The notes beneath the pieces were generated by a model. It ran no database searches and was not told the origin of the DNA. It worked only from the letters and a program-made list of their open reading frames with translations. The position numbers and the translations under genes were made by a program. From Antedon mediterranea (lineage: Eukaryota > Animalia > Echinodermata), in NCBI RefSeq assembly GCF_964355755.1, contig NC_092673.1, positions 25,784,269-25,848,268 of the forward strand: a DNA stretch of 64,000 nt, read 5' to 3'. Shown piece after piece: positions 1 to 14,305 of this stretch (position 1 is the stretch's first letter; each line of letters begins with the position of its first letter).

Positions 1-133
1 ACCCCTCCCCGACTCCTTAACCCCTCCCTAACTACCTAACCCCTCCCTAACTACTTAACCCCACCCTAACTACTTAACCCCACCCTAACTACCTAACCCC
101 TCCCTAACTACCTAACCCCACCCTAACTACCTA
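1..133. repeat. Seven tandem copies of a 19-bp telomere-like satellite unit ACCCCWCCCTAACTACYTA. Each unit contains the telomeric hexamer CCCTAA. The window starts inside the array.
   Basis: Direct reading: units at 1-19, 20-38, 39-57, 58-76, 77-95, 96-114 and 115-133 differ only at W/Y positions. CCCTAA is the reverse complement of TTAGGG. Confidence 0.85.
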
Positions 134-3100
134 ACACATCTGATGTTGCACGCATTACTTACATAACTGTCAAGGGTGCCTTTCTCAATCTTATTCAAGG
201 TCACTGTTTCTTCAACCAGCTTATCGTGTTGTTGTATAACGATGTCATGTTGCGGCATCGATGTTGGAACGGGCGTTGCTGACGTAACGTGTAAAACACA
301 CAAGGCTAAATGAAAAAAATTATAATTATAAATTCGTTATAGTTGCAGATAAATAATACAATTTAAAATGAAAGGGAAATTATTTCAATATTACATGGTT
401 TCGTCGGTGTTAATTTTAATTAAGCCTACACTATATGATCGTAGCGGTTGGTATAGCGACTAACTCGTGAAATCGGTCAGTCAAGTATAATTTGTGGAAG
501 TTAACTACAGGAGCCCTCGAAAGAACACATACTGTACTGAAGATAGGTTTAACACTCAATTTCACAATTCTAATTTCCTATTTTAAAATTCCGACCTTGT
601 GTCGATGCCTAGTCTCCCTTATTGATTTGGGTGCTTTAACATAATGAATAATAATAAAAGCGCATCTGAGATTTAATTTACTGATGGTAAGTACTGTAAT
701 GGAAATTGTCTGAATATCCCGCTACTAAATTGCCGCTGCGCCTCTTTACCCACTGGAAATGGATTCATGCATTAAATCCTAGCCTAAGCCCTTTTGTAGC
801 CCTGGTCGATATACAGGTAAGCATTTTTCAGACGGCCTGTCTGTATTAGGGTATGCAAAATTTTAGTTTAAAAAAATTAGGTTCGTTCGTTATTTTTATG
901 AATTTATTTATGTGAATAAATAGTATACTCATTGTTTATCTATAAAACAAATGTTGAAACATTTGTAAATTTTAGCCTCATTATATAATCTACTATTGTA
1001 AAACTGATGAGTTATATCATTTCAACTGACGAAGTGTATGAATATTGTTAGACTATGATTATTATAATTATGATTATTATGATTATTTTTTATATCTATT
1101 AATGCATAATACAGTATTCTATTGCCCTTGATAAATACATTAACGATATCGTATCAATTGATTATGTAATGTTTTGATGTGGTAGGCTAAGTTTATACGA
1201 AATATCGTGGAGCTTTTGGTTGGTGGTTAAGGTCCCGGGGGTAATCCTCTATTTACCTCTAGCCCTCAGCCTCAAGTGAGACTTAACTTTCCTTAAGCTG
1301 GACAGTGAGTTAAATTAATAATAGTAATAAATATATTATATGTTATGTTAAACTTTAAAAAAAAGAGAAGAAATACATTAAAAGATGATATGTATAAATT
1401 ATAAGAGACAATATTGTAAGGAATGATAATGAATAGAGAAAAGATTACAACAAAAATCATGTATGTAAAAACACGATAACATTACAATGTTAGAACAGTT
1501 GTGTATAAATTAATATACAGTATTTATATGAAAATGTATATGATGAAAATAAAAAAATATATTTTAGTTTTATATCCATCATAATCGGCGCGGTTATTTC
1601 TGTTGGATGATGCGTATCAAATAAAATAATAAGTTTATGATGAGACCTTCGATAAAAACGGGCGAGAAATTTGGCATGTAAAATTATATGAAAAAAAAAT
1701 AGCCAGGCTCAGATTAAATAGGAGATCAATATCTATAACTACAGATTTTGCTCATGTGCAAATAAAATAAAGCTTATGTCTGTAAAATTATATTGGAAAC
1801 TTACCGATCAAAAAACTGTAAACCATTTTTCTCTCATCCATTTTTGTTCACAATTTTCCTTACAGTTTCAACCTAATTTTGTCAACAATGTTGCTTAACC
1901 AATGTTTCTGCCGGTGTTTGAATGTATAACGAAACATTCTCAGATGTGCCTTTATATATACCTACTAGCAATACAAAAACAAATAGTAATGCGCTAAAAA
2001 TAAGTGATTTAAAGTGTAAAACCGAAAAAAGACAATGTCCCCTCATATCCTAACCTACTCAGAATTCAGTTAACTTGAATCGATCTTAAAATATTGTATT
2101 CTCTGTGTTTGTTTAGTGTACTAAAATCAACTAAGTATATATACATTATAAATATAGATTAGATCGCCATAGGCATGATATTTATCCTAGTAACGAATGT
2201 GTGTTTACATACTGCAAAGGGGTTGTAGCCGTTTTCTCGGAAATTAATTTAAGGTAAACTGCCCTCTATAATATTTTCGAAGTAAGCTTTGTTGAAGTCT
2301 ATTAGGGTATTTCCCTATTACGTCATTTGCGAACGTATTCAAAATGCCTTATATGAAAATAATACTGTCATGAACTAAAAGTATATTGTTATTAAGAAAA
2401 TTCGGTCGTATGATACGTTCTTCTTTGTTGTTGTGTGTTTGTTTGTTTGTTTTAGTAAGGCGTGATTGATTCTGATGTAAACAAAAACAAATCGTATTTT
2501 CTAGTGAAACATAGGCGTAGCCTAATATTATTATGAACGGTAACGAATGTCTTAAATGGATATGAACGGGTTCCTAGCAATATTATTTTATTGGCTCAAC
2601 GTGTAGATTAATCAGTTTTTCATATCCACTTAATATGGATAAATGATTCAGATTCAGATTCAATTTTATTTTGCCACTTAAAATATGGAGTACTAAATAA
2701 GTAGTAAATAATAAATATGAGTACATTTTAAAAAATGTATATTAATAAAATTATTATACAATATTTAAATGCATTGGTTTATCCTACATTATGCATATTA
2801 TGTTTTTTTATAATTGTTTTATACTTTTACTACATTTTGATAATGAAAAATACAAATAATGAAATTTTTTCTGTGACATATTTGATTGTTATCTCATTTT
2901 CAATTTCAATTGGGGGAATTGCGATAATGTTTTCTTTTAATGTATGTATACATTCTTGGTTAATCGAGGTTTATCAGTATATCTAATTTAATCAAGATTT
3001 CATATGAAATGCTTTTCGACGGTTTTTAGTTTTCAGAATTATAACAGCACGGGCTTTTATTTACAATGTACACAGTGAAATCAGAATCACGCTTCTCATT

Positions 3101-6100
3101 TTTTTTTTAGACCAGCCTAAACCATCAAATCAGTTTATGAATGTTATGTGTTGCTTTCGTTAAGAATTTTAGCTCTAAGTGTGGGCTACTTAGGCCTACT
3201 TGGAACGTAGTAGCACGTGTAATCATTTATATGTAAATGTGAACTTTATTCAATCAATCGTACATTTTTTGGGTATTATAACGGTAACCAAAATAACGTA
3301 TATTTACAGTGACTTTTTACAAAAAAATATTAAATATAAAGTATATACAGTGATTATTTACAGTAATGATAATAATACAAATTAATTGTTTATATTGACT
3401 ATTATTGGAAACAGAAGTTGAATAATAAAATACTGAATAAATACAAAGTTTCATTAGAGGTTTACAATAAATGGAAAAGATGAATACGTATAATATTGTA
3501 AGTATAAAAAATAGGAAATAGTAATAAGGATTACTGTATATTGGGAACGGCCTACAAATGAACATAGTTATAAGCAAAAGTTCCATTGATTCATTTGCGT
3601 GATATAAACGGTTAGATAGGCTGGTGATATTTTACCAGCAGATCTATTGGCAATTTACCACTGTTGATTAATATAATAGTATCCAATATAAATGTATATC
3701 CAAAATAACTAAATCGCCTAATCCCGCGGCTACAAGGTGTACGGCCAATTCTAAAATTACTAGCCGGATCGTTATCCGGATCCGTTTAATATCAAATGTG
3801 TCATAAGTTGGAATTTACTTAGGTAAACTTCGTTACTTTTTACAAATATTCATTTGTTGTTCATATTTGAATTCCTTGTTGGTTGTGGTTTATCTACAAA
3901 TTTCATTTTTTATCAATGCGTATTTTTCTTTTTTATTTTTCCAAGGATTTTTATACATCCTATAGGCCTACGTCACTTAATATTCATTGTTTGTCTATGA
4001 CTACCTCAAGATCATAATAAACCTAAACAATTAATAAATAAAATATTTAGTTATTATGTCATACCGTAAAACCTCGAAAACTGTAGAGGGGGGCTTCTTT
4101 TCGAGATGGGCTTCTTTTCGAGGTTTAAGCCCATGGGCTTCTTTTCGAGGTTTTACGGTATCTTAAAAACTGATCAGCTCGTTTTAAATAACATAAAATA
4201 TAACACAATGGGTTATCTGCCAAGTGCGAATAACCAAATGGAACATGGGATTCATCATGGGTATAGAGACATTATTCCACAACGCCAATCCGATACCGGG
4301 GGTTCACAATAAATCTTTAAGACATTGTTAATGAATTCATCATTTCATTTTAAATTATGCCGATTTAATTTTATCTTTAGGCCCAAAAAGGTAGTCCCCT
4401 TTCATGAATACAGGCCCTATTTAAATTGACCAGTACGGTTTTGGATTCTTTTCTCATTTTCTCAGGCTATTACTACTATAGTCTTGTATCTACGGTATAT
4501 ATAAATTTACGTAATGGCAAAATTCGGTATATTCGGTTGGTCCGCACACAATAATACGAGGATGCTTCACATTTACCTATCTCCTTCTACGATAATTGTT
4601 TTTAATAGCTTAAAACAGTGGAACAGCTCGAGTACAGCATCATAAATATTAAAGACTGGCCGATTTTCTTTAAAAAAATACTATTTTGATAGATGTAATA
4701 TACGTTTATACAAATATATTGATTTGCGATGCATGGAACATTCCATAGGCATCCATTAGACAGTGTATGTACACCACGATCGGGGCAAATTGTTGAACCT
4801 AAATTCGTTTTAATCGTCAATAACAAATTATCTAACTCAATTTAATTAGTACAGGGTTACATCAGGTGGTTAAAATCAGTACCGAAAGTACGAAACAACT
4901 TTATATACCATCGAGTAAAAATTCTAGAAGTAACACGCGATTTTCCAATTTTGCCCTTATTACGTAAATGTATGCATCCCTCGATTTTGTTTGTTCCAAT
5001 TTACTTTCAATAATCATCCGTTACTTTTTATAAATATCATATTTGTTATTTCCTAATTAATTGCTTCCGTTCGTTGGCCTCATATGTACTTTTGATTGTT
5101 TGTTTGCTTTTATTTTTCCTCGTTGTCTTTGTTGTTTACTGTTTTGTAAATCACAGGTTTGCCCGCTGGGTATGTGATGTTTTTAGGTTGAATAAATAAA
5201 TAAATAAAATAAATTTGCTATATTTAGTGAATAAATAGAGAATAAAATATATACATATTGACATGATGATGTCATATCACTACCGTATTTGGGAATAATA
5301 TGACCATAAACTAGTTTGATAGTGTGGACAGACCTTAAAAGGTAATGTGTATTCTTTATTATTGTTATTTAAAAAAAAATAGAATAAGTCTATAAATAAA
5401 TGTAATAATGAGGATTATGCCTTGCATCCACGTGGAAACCAGTGGAAGAGATTTATATATAGGCCTACATTTATGTTTACACATTAACCTACAAATTGAA
5501 TATCAAGTCATGTAATCATGTCCTTATTTGTTAAAGCCATTGACTAGACAGGGAGTATAATATATTTTGACGTCATATATCATGTATTACGGTATTTTTA
5601 TACCCTTTTATTTATTTTTATATATTTGCTGTACTATTGTGGTTGTTGAACAAGGTATTGTCGTGTATACTTTTAAATTGACCTTGTTGTCCATATATTG
5701 ACGTGCAATTTTAAGAACTATGAAAGGAAGGAAGGAATCACCCTATTCCGGATTCAGGGAATTGTTGACTACGGGGCGCAGTTTAAAACTTTCTACTTTC
5801 TCATTTAAAAAAACTCTTAACTAAACGCAGCCACGAATTAATAGTAATAATAATGTAGGTATGTGTATAGCACTAGTAATAGTATCAACTAAACCGAAGT
5901 AAAAATCAAAGGCGCTTGTATTAGATGTTAACAAGATGCGTTTTAAGTTCTTTTTTAAATATAGCAATAGATTTTGATTTAGTAATATGTCGGGGGAGAG
6001 AATTCCAAGGAGAAGCAGCAGAGAACATAAAATACCTTTGTTCATAGGATTTGGTGTTTATTCTAAGAACAATCAGTAGGTTCTGATCAGCCGAACGAAG

Positions 6101-6765
6101 ACTAGCAAGATGGGTGTAGGAGGGAAGTAGAACAAGTATATAGGTTGTTTTAGAAGTAGCGTTTTAAATGTTAGTAAAAGGATCTTATATTTTATACGGG
6201 AGTCAATAGGTAGCCAATGAAGGTTATATATAATAGGAGATATGTGTGAGGATCTTCTAGTAAGTGTTAGAATTTAACCCTACAGCTTCTCACTAGGACG
6301 CAATGTAAAGACGTTAACGCAACGCGACCCATAACAAGCGATGGATTATGCGAAACTTGCGTTGCCTTTATGTTTTTGCGTCCTTGTGTGAGAACAAAGC
6401 GCACAAATAGGTTGACCAATCACGACGCGATTGGTGATGGGTGACACAGCTATATCCACTGTGCTATTCAGACTGTAGGCCTACTATATTGTCCACGAAT
6501 TACTGTGGTGTATAACTGTCAATATTGTAGTAATGTTTCAAATGGCGCCTCATAAGATATACGGTTTACGTAGACGCACAGACACACCCATTATTCCATT
6601 ATTATTATTATTACAATACACGTACGTTATTACTGATGGCTATATAAAAAGTGTCATCTCATCGTGACAAAGATCACTGGCAAATAGGCCCATTGAAAAA
6701 TAACCAAATAGATAACATAAATATAGTGACTTCCTTTCTTATATCTATTTTTCGATTCGTGTCTA

Positions 6766-7000
6766 AAGCTCTGTCTAGACTATCAAACTTTATGTGACGA
6801 AAAAGTTTGATGTACCCATATGGTAGTGCTATGCTTAAATATGGTAGTGATATGACATCATCATGTCCATATATGGGCACATCACATTTTTTTGACACAT
6901 AAAGTTTGATAGTGTAGACAGGGCTTAAAGCTCTGTCTACACTATCAAACTTTATGTGTCAAAAAAATGTGATGTCACCATATTCCATTTGTCCTAGTTT
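6766..7000. mobile_element. Stowaway-like MITE (family A). One full copy at about 6766-6925 is followed directly by a second, 3'-truncated copy.
   Basis: Terminal inverted repeat AAGCTCTGTCTACACTATCAAACTTTATGTGACAAAAA, with its reverse complement at the other end. The internal CDVPKYGSDMTSSCP-coding stretch produces spurious ORFs. Confidence 0.8.
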
Positions 7001-8633
7001 GAATGGAAATTACTATGATTTGATTAAGTAAACACCGCCTATTCACAATAGTATATTTGAGATATATGTACGTGATAACATTTTCATCCATCACAAAAAT
7101 AAAACAACATATTAATAAAACCCAATACCAAACTTTATTGCACAGATCGCATTTTAAAATGAGAATCACAGTATACAAACATATCCAAATGTCTTAATTA
7201 CAAAATCTTGCTACTAATGATAATGATAATAATATTCGTTCTTACATAGCGCTTATTGCACAATGCTTCTAAGCGCTGAACATTATTACCCCGGTCATTT
7301 GTTGTGGATCAAACACGTATGGAAACACACTCCAATAATGCAGCTAGTACTCAGCGCAAAGTTGTGTCTTGATCTAACCGGGTAGGCCTACACATGGGAA
7401 ACGAAAGTAAAATATCGTCGCCCCGTATCAAGGCAAATGATGTAATACATGTCACACATATATCACATGTACTTGTCACTCTCTTAACATAATAGTTTAA
7501 TATAAAACTTAACATTAACAAATAAAACTATTCGAGTGTTGTCCTTTAACGTAAAATGCATTAATAATTAACACAATTGATTGTAAAGTTAAATTAAATA
7601 AGTTTAAATATAATAGTATATAATGTTATTTATCTTAAGCTTATTTCAAAATAAAGACTAAGCATGTTTTTCTAGTAGATAAGGTTTAAAATTAAAGAGT
7701 TTCTTTGAGGATATTTTTCTATTAAGTAACTCCTGTATCATACGTCCTCCAACCATTGCGGATGATGAACATCCATATTAAATTTAAGCATATCATTAAA
7801 CACCATTAGTAAAAAACATTTTGAATACCAATTAGGCCTACAGACATAATTTAAATTCAACAGACGTTTTTTTAAATCATAACAATTTCAATACAACAAT
7901 ACGTGTGGGATCAATAACTGGCTTTAACCATTAGGCCTATTATGTTTATTTATTTATTTGTTTACCGGATACACAGTATCCCAATACAATTGAATGTTGA
8001 TCGGAGTCAAGTTTCAGAATAAAATGGATACCATTTTCCAAAAATTAATAATTAAGTTTTCAAAATTTTCAATAATTACGCTTTTAATAAATACGTTTTA
8101 TATAATTAAATACTTTAAAATAATACTGTTTAGTTTAGAACCGATTAAAGTGATAAAAATACATATTTGATATGCAATGGAATTAGTTTTGACAAACGTT
8201 ATTTACAGTTGCATAGCAACAACTATCCACCTTTTTATCAATAAGAAATTGCATCAATATTTTTTATAAATATAATAATTAATTGCATCTAATTACTACT
8301 TACAGTCTAGGTAAATTCGTTTAAAACCCTGTCGTAAATGCACCGGGATATCTTCCTAATAAGCTAAACAGTAGAACCACTCCTTTCGGGACACACCCCT
8401 ATTAAGGGTGACACCCCTATTAAGGGTGAAACTTTAACATGAAACGAACAAATAAAAACCTTATTGAGAGGAAAGTTTGTTCAGTCCCGGAAGTGTCTTC
8501 TTAGTAGGAGTTCTACTGTTGTCATTACATTACGGTTATATCATGTAGCGTTTATAATAAATATTCAATGAAAGCTTATTATTCATGATATTAGGATAGA
8601 TATCCCGGTGATAAATATTCCAGTGGGTACAAT

Positions 8634-9072
8634 AAAGCGTGGTTCCCACTAGCGACGCAACGTAACGCAACGCAGCGACGTTTTGACGCAAAGTTCTATA
8701 TTGCGTAATCACAAGTGAGAACGACGACGAAATAGTGTTGCATGCAAGCGGGGCACAACACAATTATCGGAAGGGCATTTTCTTACGTTGCGTCACTTGT
8801 GGGAACCAAGCTTAAGCATTGTTCTTGCTCTAAAGCAAGACACGTACGTCAAAACAACAGTAGGCCTACTGCCAAACTGTGACACGGGCTAAAGCTTGGT
8901 TCCCACTAGAACGTAACGCAAGGACGTAAACGCAACGCAAGCGTTTTAACCAATGACAAGCGAAGTTATAGACAGTTAGCAATCACAAGCGAATAAGCCA
9001 TCGCTTGTGATTGGTCAATTCACTTGCGTTGCGTTACGTCCTTGCGTTGCGTCGCTAGTGGGAACCACGCTT
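8634..9072. mobile_element. Two adjacent copies of MITE family B (about 8634-8820 and 8890-9072) with terminal inverted repeats AAGC[GT]TGGTTCCCACTAG ... CTAGTGGGAACCA[AC]GCTTAAG.
   Basis: The inverted termini were read directly. The internal acgcaacgcaa repeats and the gaccaatcacaag motif are shared with other copies. Confidence 0.75.
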
Positions 9073-9240
9073 AAGTACGTACAAATGACGCGCTTGCGTA
9101 ATGCATACGTACTATACCACATTGGTGCATTGAACTATTTGCGAACTACACAGTGACGCATTTACATACTAACGTGACGGGCTTGATTACTTAATTGACG
9201 TATTTGCGTAAAATACAACGCATTGCACATTTTAAAAGTA

Positions 9241-9429
9241 TTACCCTTGTGATGTTGTTGTAGGCATATAGAGTGCAGTTACGTGGAAATCAACGTCAAT
9301 GACATAGTGTGTTGTAGTCAATAGAAGTTCCATTGCATAATCATTTAGATCGGCCTTTCTGGTCTTGTTAGTATAATCAACTGTCGTAGCGTTTCTTATT
9401 AATACTGCGTTTTGATTTCTATGTTTTAT
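9241..9429 (-). CDS. Terminal coding exon (IKHRNQNAVLIRNATTVDYTNKTRKADLNDYAMELLL...TTSQG*) with the stop codon.
   Basis: ORF 9241..9435(-). Acceptor ttcttgcag|ata, in frame with the previous exon. Several NxT/S sequons. Confidence 0.5.
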   Translation of the reverse strand: MKHRNQNAVLIRNATTVDYTNKTRKADLNDYAMELLLTTTHYVIDVDFHVTALYMPTTTSQG

Positions 9430-9912
9430 CTGCAAGAAAAAAGTTATGTTATTACATTTATTTAATGTTAAGTAGCTGTGCTGTTACTAAATGCATATTT
9501 TGTGAATTATGTAATTTGTGTAAATCACTCACGCGCGCCCAAACATGATTAACAAAAATATGGGTTTAATCAGGTAGCTGATGTGTTTGTGTTTTTAAGT
9601 GTTAATTGACCAAATAGAACTAGTAAATAGTTCCATGTCCGGTTTTTGACATATTTGCGAGTGAGAGTAATAACTATTATGAAGCGAGGGAAAAAAATCA
9701 GTAATATTCGATTTGTTTATTTAAAACAGGGATGAGTGACACTTCCCTGTTTAGATTTTTAAAAAGACCGAAAATGTGGAAAATGCTGTTTTGATAGAGG
9801 TGGAATGAATCGCATAGAAGCGTGACGGAGCTATGTATGTAGGCCTACTGGTGTAACAAGAAAATAAGTAAGTAGGTCTAAAACGACAATTTAACAATCA
9901 AATTGTACTTAC

Positions 9913-10086
9913 AATATTTGACATTTTATCACTGATGGTCGTCATCAAATCAGATACTTCCTGAAATTCATTGCTGAAGTTTCTTAGAGATTGGCTATAT
10001 AATCGGGCTTCGTTCACCTTTACTTCTTGAAAGACAGTGCGGTATATACCGAGATCAGTTACGTATGTTAATAACAAGTCCACTTC
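9913..10086 (-). CDS. Internal exon (EVDLLLTYVTDLGIYRTVFQEVKVNEARLYSQSLRNFSNEFQEVSDLMTTISDKMSNI).
   Basis: ORF 9898..10083(-). Acceptor cgtcag|gaagtg and donor att|gtaagt. Phase 0. Confidence 0.55.
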
Positions 10087-10606
10087 CTGACGATTAAAAA
10101 AATATAGTAAATCAAACTGAACGGAATATATTTCATCAGTGTGGCATATGTTTATTAAGCACGTAATAGAGTAAGATTGTTCATCGTAATAATCAACCTT
10201 ACAAGGTAAGAGGGACTAACATAAGAAAAATGCCTACAAAATGATCTAATCTTTGTTACACCTGCTGGTTTCTACGAAATTCATTGACGGTGAATATAAG
10301 GACTGAATTCAGTATATGATATAATACGACGAACTATAAAGGGTCTATAGTTCGGTATTGTACTAATGTGTGAATTGTTCCATGGTTAAATACTACAGAG
10401 AACAGTCATTGTTGATCGACGTAAAGCGTTAATCAAGTGGAAACTATTCTTTGTGAATTCCTATAGTGCCATATGAATTACATGTTATATAGTATTATAA
10501 CGATTGTTATGGATCACCGGTGTCCGGATAAAAATCCCGCAGGCAGGATCCAGGACATCCGGTCCCGTCCCTTTATGTCTATCCTGTTGTCAGCCATAGT
10601 AGGACT

Positions 10607-10914
10607 GAAGCTCTGTCTACACCTCTGTCTAAACTATCAAACTAGTTTGACAAAAATGTGTGATGTGCCGAAATATGGTAGTGATATGACATCATCATGT
10701 CATTTGTTGTCACATAAAGTTTGATATGTACGTAGACAAGGAACAAGCAAATTATGTGAATAAAGCTCTGTCTACACTATCAAACAAAAAGTTTGATGTA
10801 CCCATATATGGTAGTGCTATGCTTAAATATGGTAGTGATATGACATCATCATGTCCATATATGGGCACATCACATTTTTTTGACACATAAAGTTTGATAG
10901 TGTAGACAGAGCTT
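10607..10914. mobile_element. Two adjacent family-A MITE copies (about 10607-10740 and 10772-10914).
   Basis: Same terminal inverted repeats. The second copy is flanked by TA on both sides (ataA|AGCTCTG ... CAGAGCTT|TAtgg). Confidence 0.8.
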
Positions 10915-10947
10915 TATGGATAGTATTATTTCAGTACTAATACTAAC

Positions 10948-11040
10948 CCTTGCATTACGGGCGTCTTCAAACGCAAGATGAGGTACAGTAATGTTAATGT
11001 CGTTGGTGTTGAAGTGTCGTCTACGGAAACGTGTCCGATT
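10948..11040 (-). CDS. Internal exon (NRTRFRRRHFNTNDINITVPHLAFEDARNAR).
   Basis: Acceptor tttacag|aat and donor agg|gttagt. Phase 0 on both sides, consistent with the flanking exons. Confidence 0.5.
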
Positions 11041-11797
11041 CTGTAAAAAAAAACAAGCTAATAAGTAAAAAATATTACACTGAATAACATTAAAAGCATC
11101 ATATCAGATACAATACTAATTTTAAAAAATACACCATGCTAGACATACACCTGAGTTTGTTTATAATATTTAAAAAATAGTGTGTACTAATTATTAAAAC
11201 AATTTTCAGAATAAAAGTCCTTATATCATATTAAAATGAAAGTGATAGTAGGCCTAAGTTAAGTAAACACGTTAGTTATTTTTATTGTAAGAATATTATA
11301 CAACAAACAGAACAATAGTATGAATAGGAAAAACATCCTAAAGAACATTTACGTCATTAGTTACCGTAATCGTTTTGATTGTAGAAGAATTCTAATAATG
11401 CGTCGGTAGGCCTATAGTTTATCAATCGTTGTCTTTTTAGGAGTATGATAATAAGGATAAGAATGATGATGGTAACCATGAATGATGAGATGATGATGGG
11501 ATGTTGTTGGTGATGTTACTGGTGATGTTACTGGTGAGTGGGAGGGTGATAAGATAGTAACATTGAGAATTAAATGTTAGAGATTGAGATGAGGATGGTA
11601 ATATTGATGCGGATTTTGTTGATGAGTTTAAATCATAATGATAATGATATTGATGGTGATAGTGGTGTTACTGGTGACGAGGAGGATAATAAGATGGTTA
11701 CATTGCGAATGTTAAAGATAGAGATGGGGATGATAATGTTATTGAGATAGAACATTCACTAACTGTGAATTGATTATAATTGTGGAAAATCACTTAC

Positions 11798-11922
11798 GTA
11801 TTCGTTAACAAATGCACTGCAAGACCTCTGTAATTCCGTGATTTTCTCAATAAGAGATGTGTGATGTATTGTCCCTGCTAATGACACAGACGTTTTGAAG
11901 CAGACCAGTATAAACAATGATC
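11798..11922 (-). CDS. Internal exon of the secreted glycoprotein gene (..SLFILVCFKTSVSLAGTIHHTSLIEKITELQRSCSAFVNEY).
   Basis: Acceptor ctttcag|ga and donor tac|gtaagt. The exon enters in phase 1, so at least one upstream exon is missing between it and exon 2. Confidence 0.5.
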
Positions 11923-14094
11923 CTGAAAGATCAACGTAAAATGATTATTATCTTTTTTAATTTCAATTCACACTCGGAGAGCCCATCACTTACTAATTGG
12001 AATACATAGCAATACGAGACAACATGACAAGAGCAAAACACAATGTGAACTTTGTTGTAATAATTTGTTTGTAACTTTCAGCTATGGGTTACCCTCATGG
12101 TATCGTGTTTGAGTATCGATTAAAGCAAACAAATAAACCAACTTAAAATATTTCTTAATTTTGGATTTATTTAAAGATAAACTATGACAGAAAATATCAA
12201 TATAATGCATGAAATATTAATTAAATAATCTCGGAAGTCTACAAATAAATTTACTGTACACATCCGTTTGGAGGTATCACTTATGCCTACTTAAATGTTG
12301 CTTACTGCACGTATAAACAAAACCTATCACACATGGCGTGCTTATTCACTCTTCCCTGGCTTATTTACCGATAAACATAATGACCGATTTTTCATGTAGT
12401 ACCGGTATAAAAATAGATAACATGCTACTTTATTTAATGTCACAATTTTCTACATTTACTATCATGAAAAGTCGGACAACTGTAATGTTATGGCTAAATT
12501 AGTATATTAAATATAAAAAAACTCGTAATAGTTCACTACATTTGTTTGGCCATGTAATTATTGTTTATTTGCATTATTATTATGTATTATGAAATATTGC
12601 TTTAATTTAGAAATAATTACCAATTTATACAGTTTTTAATTGATTAAAATAAATCATTGCGTGCCACAGAAAGTGTAAATGGGTCATGTTTACAAATGAA
12701 ATACCCTTATAGGCATATACCATTGCAAATAAAAAATTCGGATACATCTTAATATTTCGTATCGTTAATTTTCATGAGCTGTGATAGTGAGAGAACAGTT
12801 GTAGTAAGGAGACAAGAAACTGCACGTGCTGTCTATGTATCTAGACATAATACCGTACGGGAATCGGGTATTCGAAAAAGTATACATGCCTCAGTAAAAT
12901 ACATCACGCATGCAACCGAATAGGCGTTGCAGTAAAATCAACCAAACAATTGTACTGCAGTAAAAATAATACGTTGCTAAGAAGCGTTGCAGTAAAAATA
13001 CATTATCCAACATCTTGAAAACAACGATAAAATTGCCGTCAATTTATCGTATATAATTATCTTAAGTAAATTAAAAAATAACTTACCAAATATATTAATA
13101 ACCATCATTATAGCAATATACAGCTTTAAATGTAAAGAATCGAAATGATTGGTAAGTCGGTGAGTAAATTTTTGCTTGTTGGTCCTATTAACAATTTTAG
13201 TTTATTTATGTTGATGAAAAACTCAGAAATGATGGATGCATTGGTTTAAACTGTTGCTTTTATTTGTTTTTAAGAGGATTTACAATTGAATACTATTGTA
13301 AATTATTATTAGAAATCTTTGTCAAAGCCGGACCGACGTGACGCAAAATCTATTTTTGGGTTTAAGGATTCGTGAAGGAAAAGGGTTGACCTTTAACGAA
13401 TTTTGTTGCTATCTAAAAGCACAATAATATCAATTGTTTTGTTATTTTTAAGTTTCATTTTTTATAAGTTTTCCAAGAAAATTTTTAAGAGTTGGGCTTA
13501 CTTGATTTTTTTTTGTTTTTTGTAGTGCCTTATTCATTAACTTGTTTCATTTTTTAGATTGAGGTTTAAACCGTGGGAGTAAGGGACAAAACCAATAAAA
13601 CACAATTTTAAATTATTACAAATGTTGTTTTATTTTATTTGTTATTACAATTTTGAATAACATTAGGACTAATTAATTGGTAGTAATAAAAGTATATGTT
13701 TAATGTGCAGAGCTTTCAACAAAATTCCCGTGATGTACGTATGACGAGGCCCTTTCATGTATAGCTTAAGTGGGTGATGCCTTAAGTGAAATAAGGAGGC
13801 AAAGATTATCACTCGTATAATACTCCTGTGAGCCGTTACTTTTATTGGATGGCTATATTATTGCTATGGGTATTTTAATTAGTAAGCGTACAGTCTTACC
13901 GGTTTTTCAATTATTCAAGTATTATATTTTGAATCATGTAGGTCTTTCAAAGTTATTTCCCGTGGTTTACATGCACTTTATATTAGGTCTACAATTTCAT
14001 TATAAGTATAAGTTGGTTATACATCATGTTACCCATCTAACAGGTTGCAGAATTATAAGTATATTTTGAAAATATGTTTTCCATGGTTTACGTA

Positions 14095-14305
14095 CTTTAT
14101 GATGAGTGTGTGACAGTGGCTGTGTGTATACTAGTACACCGGGGTAACCCCCTACTCGTCTCGAAAGATGTACCAGGTCCTACGGTTTATATTTCTTATC
14201 CAAGAAGACTCATTCTACCATACCGCCAGAATCATGTAGCAGGCGAACCCGGAACCCTTGCTGATTTTATGGCTAGATTTTATGGTTCCACTGTCTTAAC
14301 CGATT
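14095..14305 (-). mobile_element. tRNA-derived SINE (family 1). On the minus strand the head resembles the D-arm of tRNA-Ser/Leu (GTGGCCGAGCGGTTAAGACAGTGGAACC). Other copies lie at 24310-24550, 28985-29100 (partial), 44050-44290 and 47490-47700, with an inverted fragment pair at 57665-57905.
   Basis: The conserved block ACTAGTACACCGGGGTAACCCCCTACTCGTCTCGAAAGATGTAC...GGTTCCACTGTCTTAACCGCTCGG is repeated at all the listed sites. Confidence 0.75.

Noticed and set aside
2735-3586. Several 60-90 aa ORFs in the first 5 kb (2735..2986, 3200..3385, 3317..3586).
   Set aside because: The DNA is extremely AT-rich, and the translations are dominated by I/F/Y/N/K, as expected by chance. There are no splice signals and nothing recognisable.
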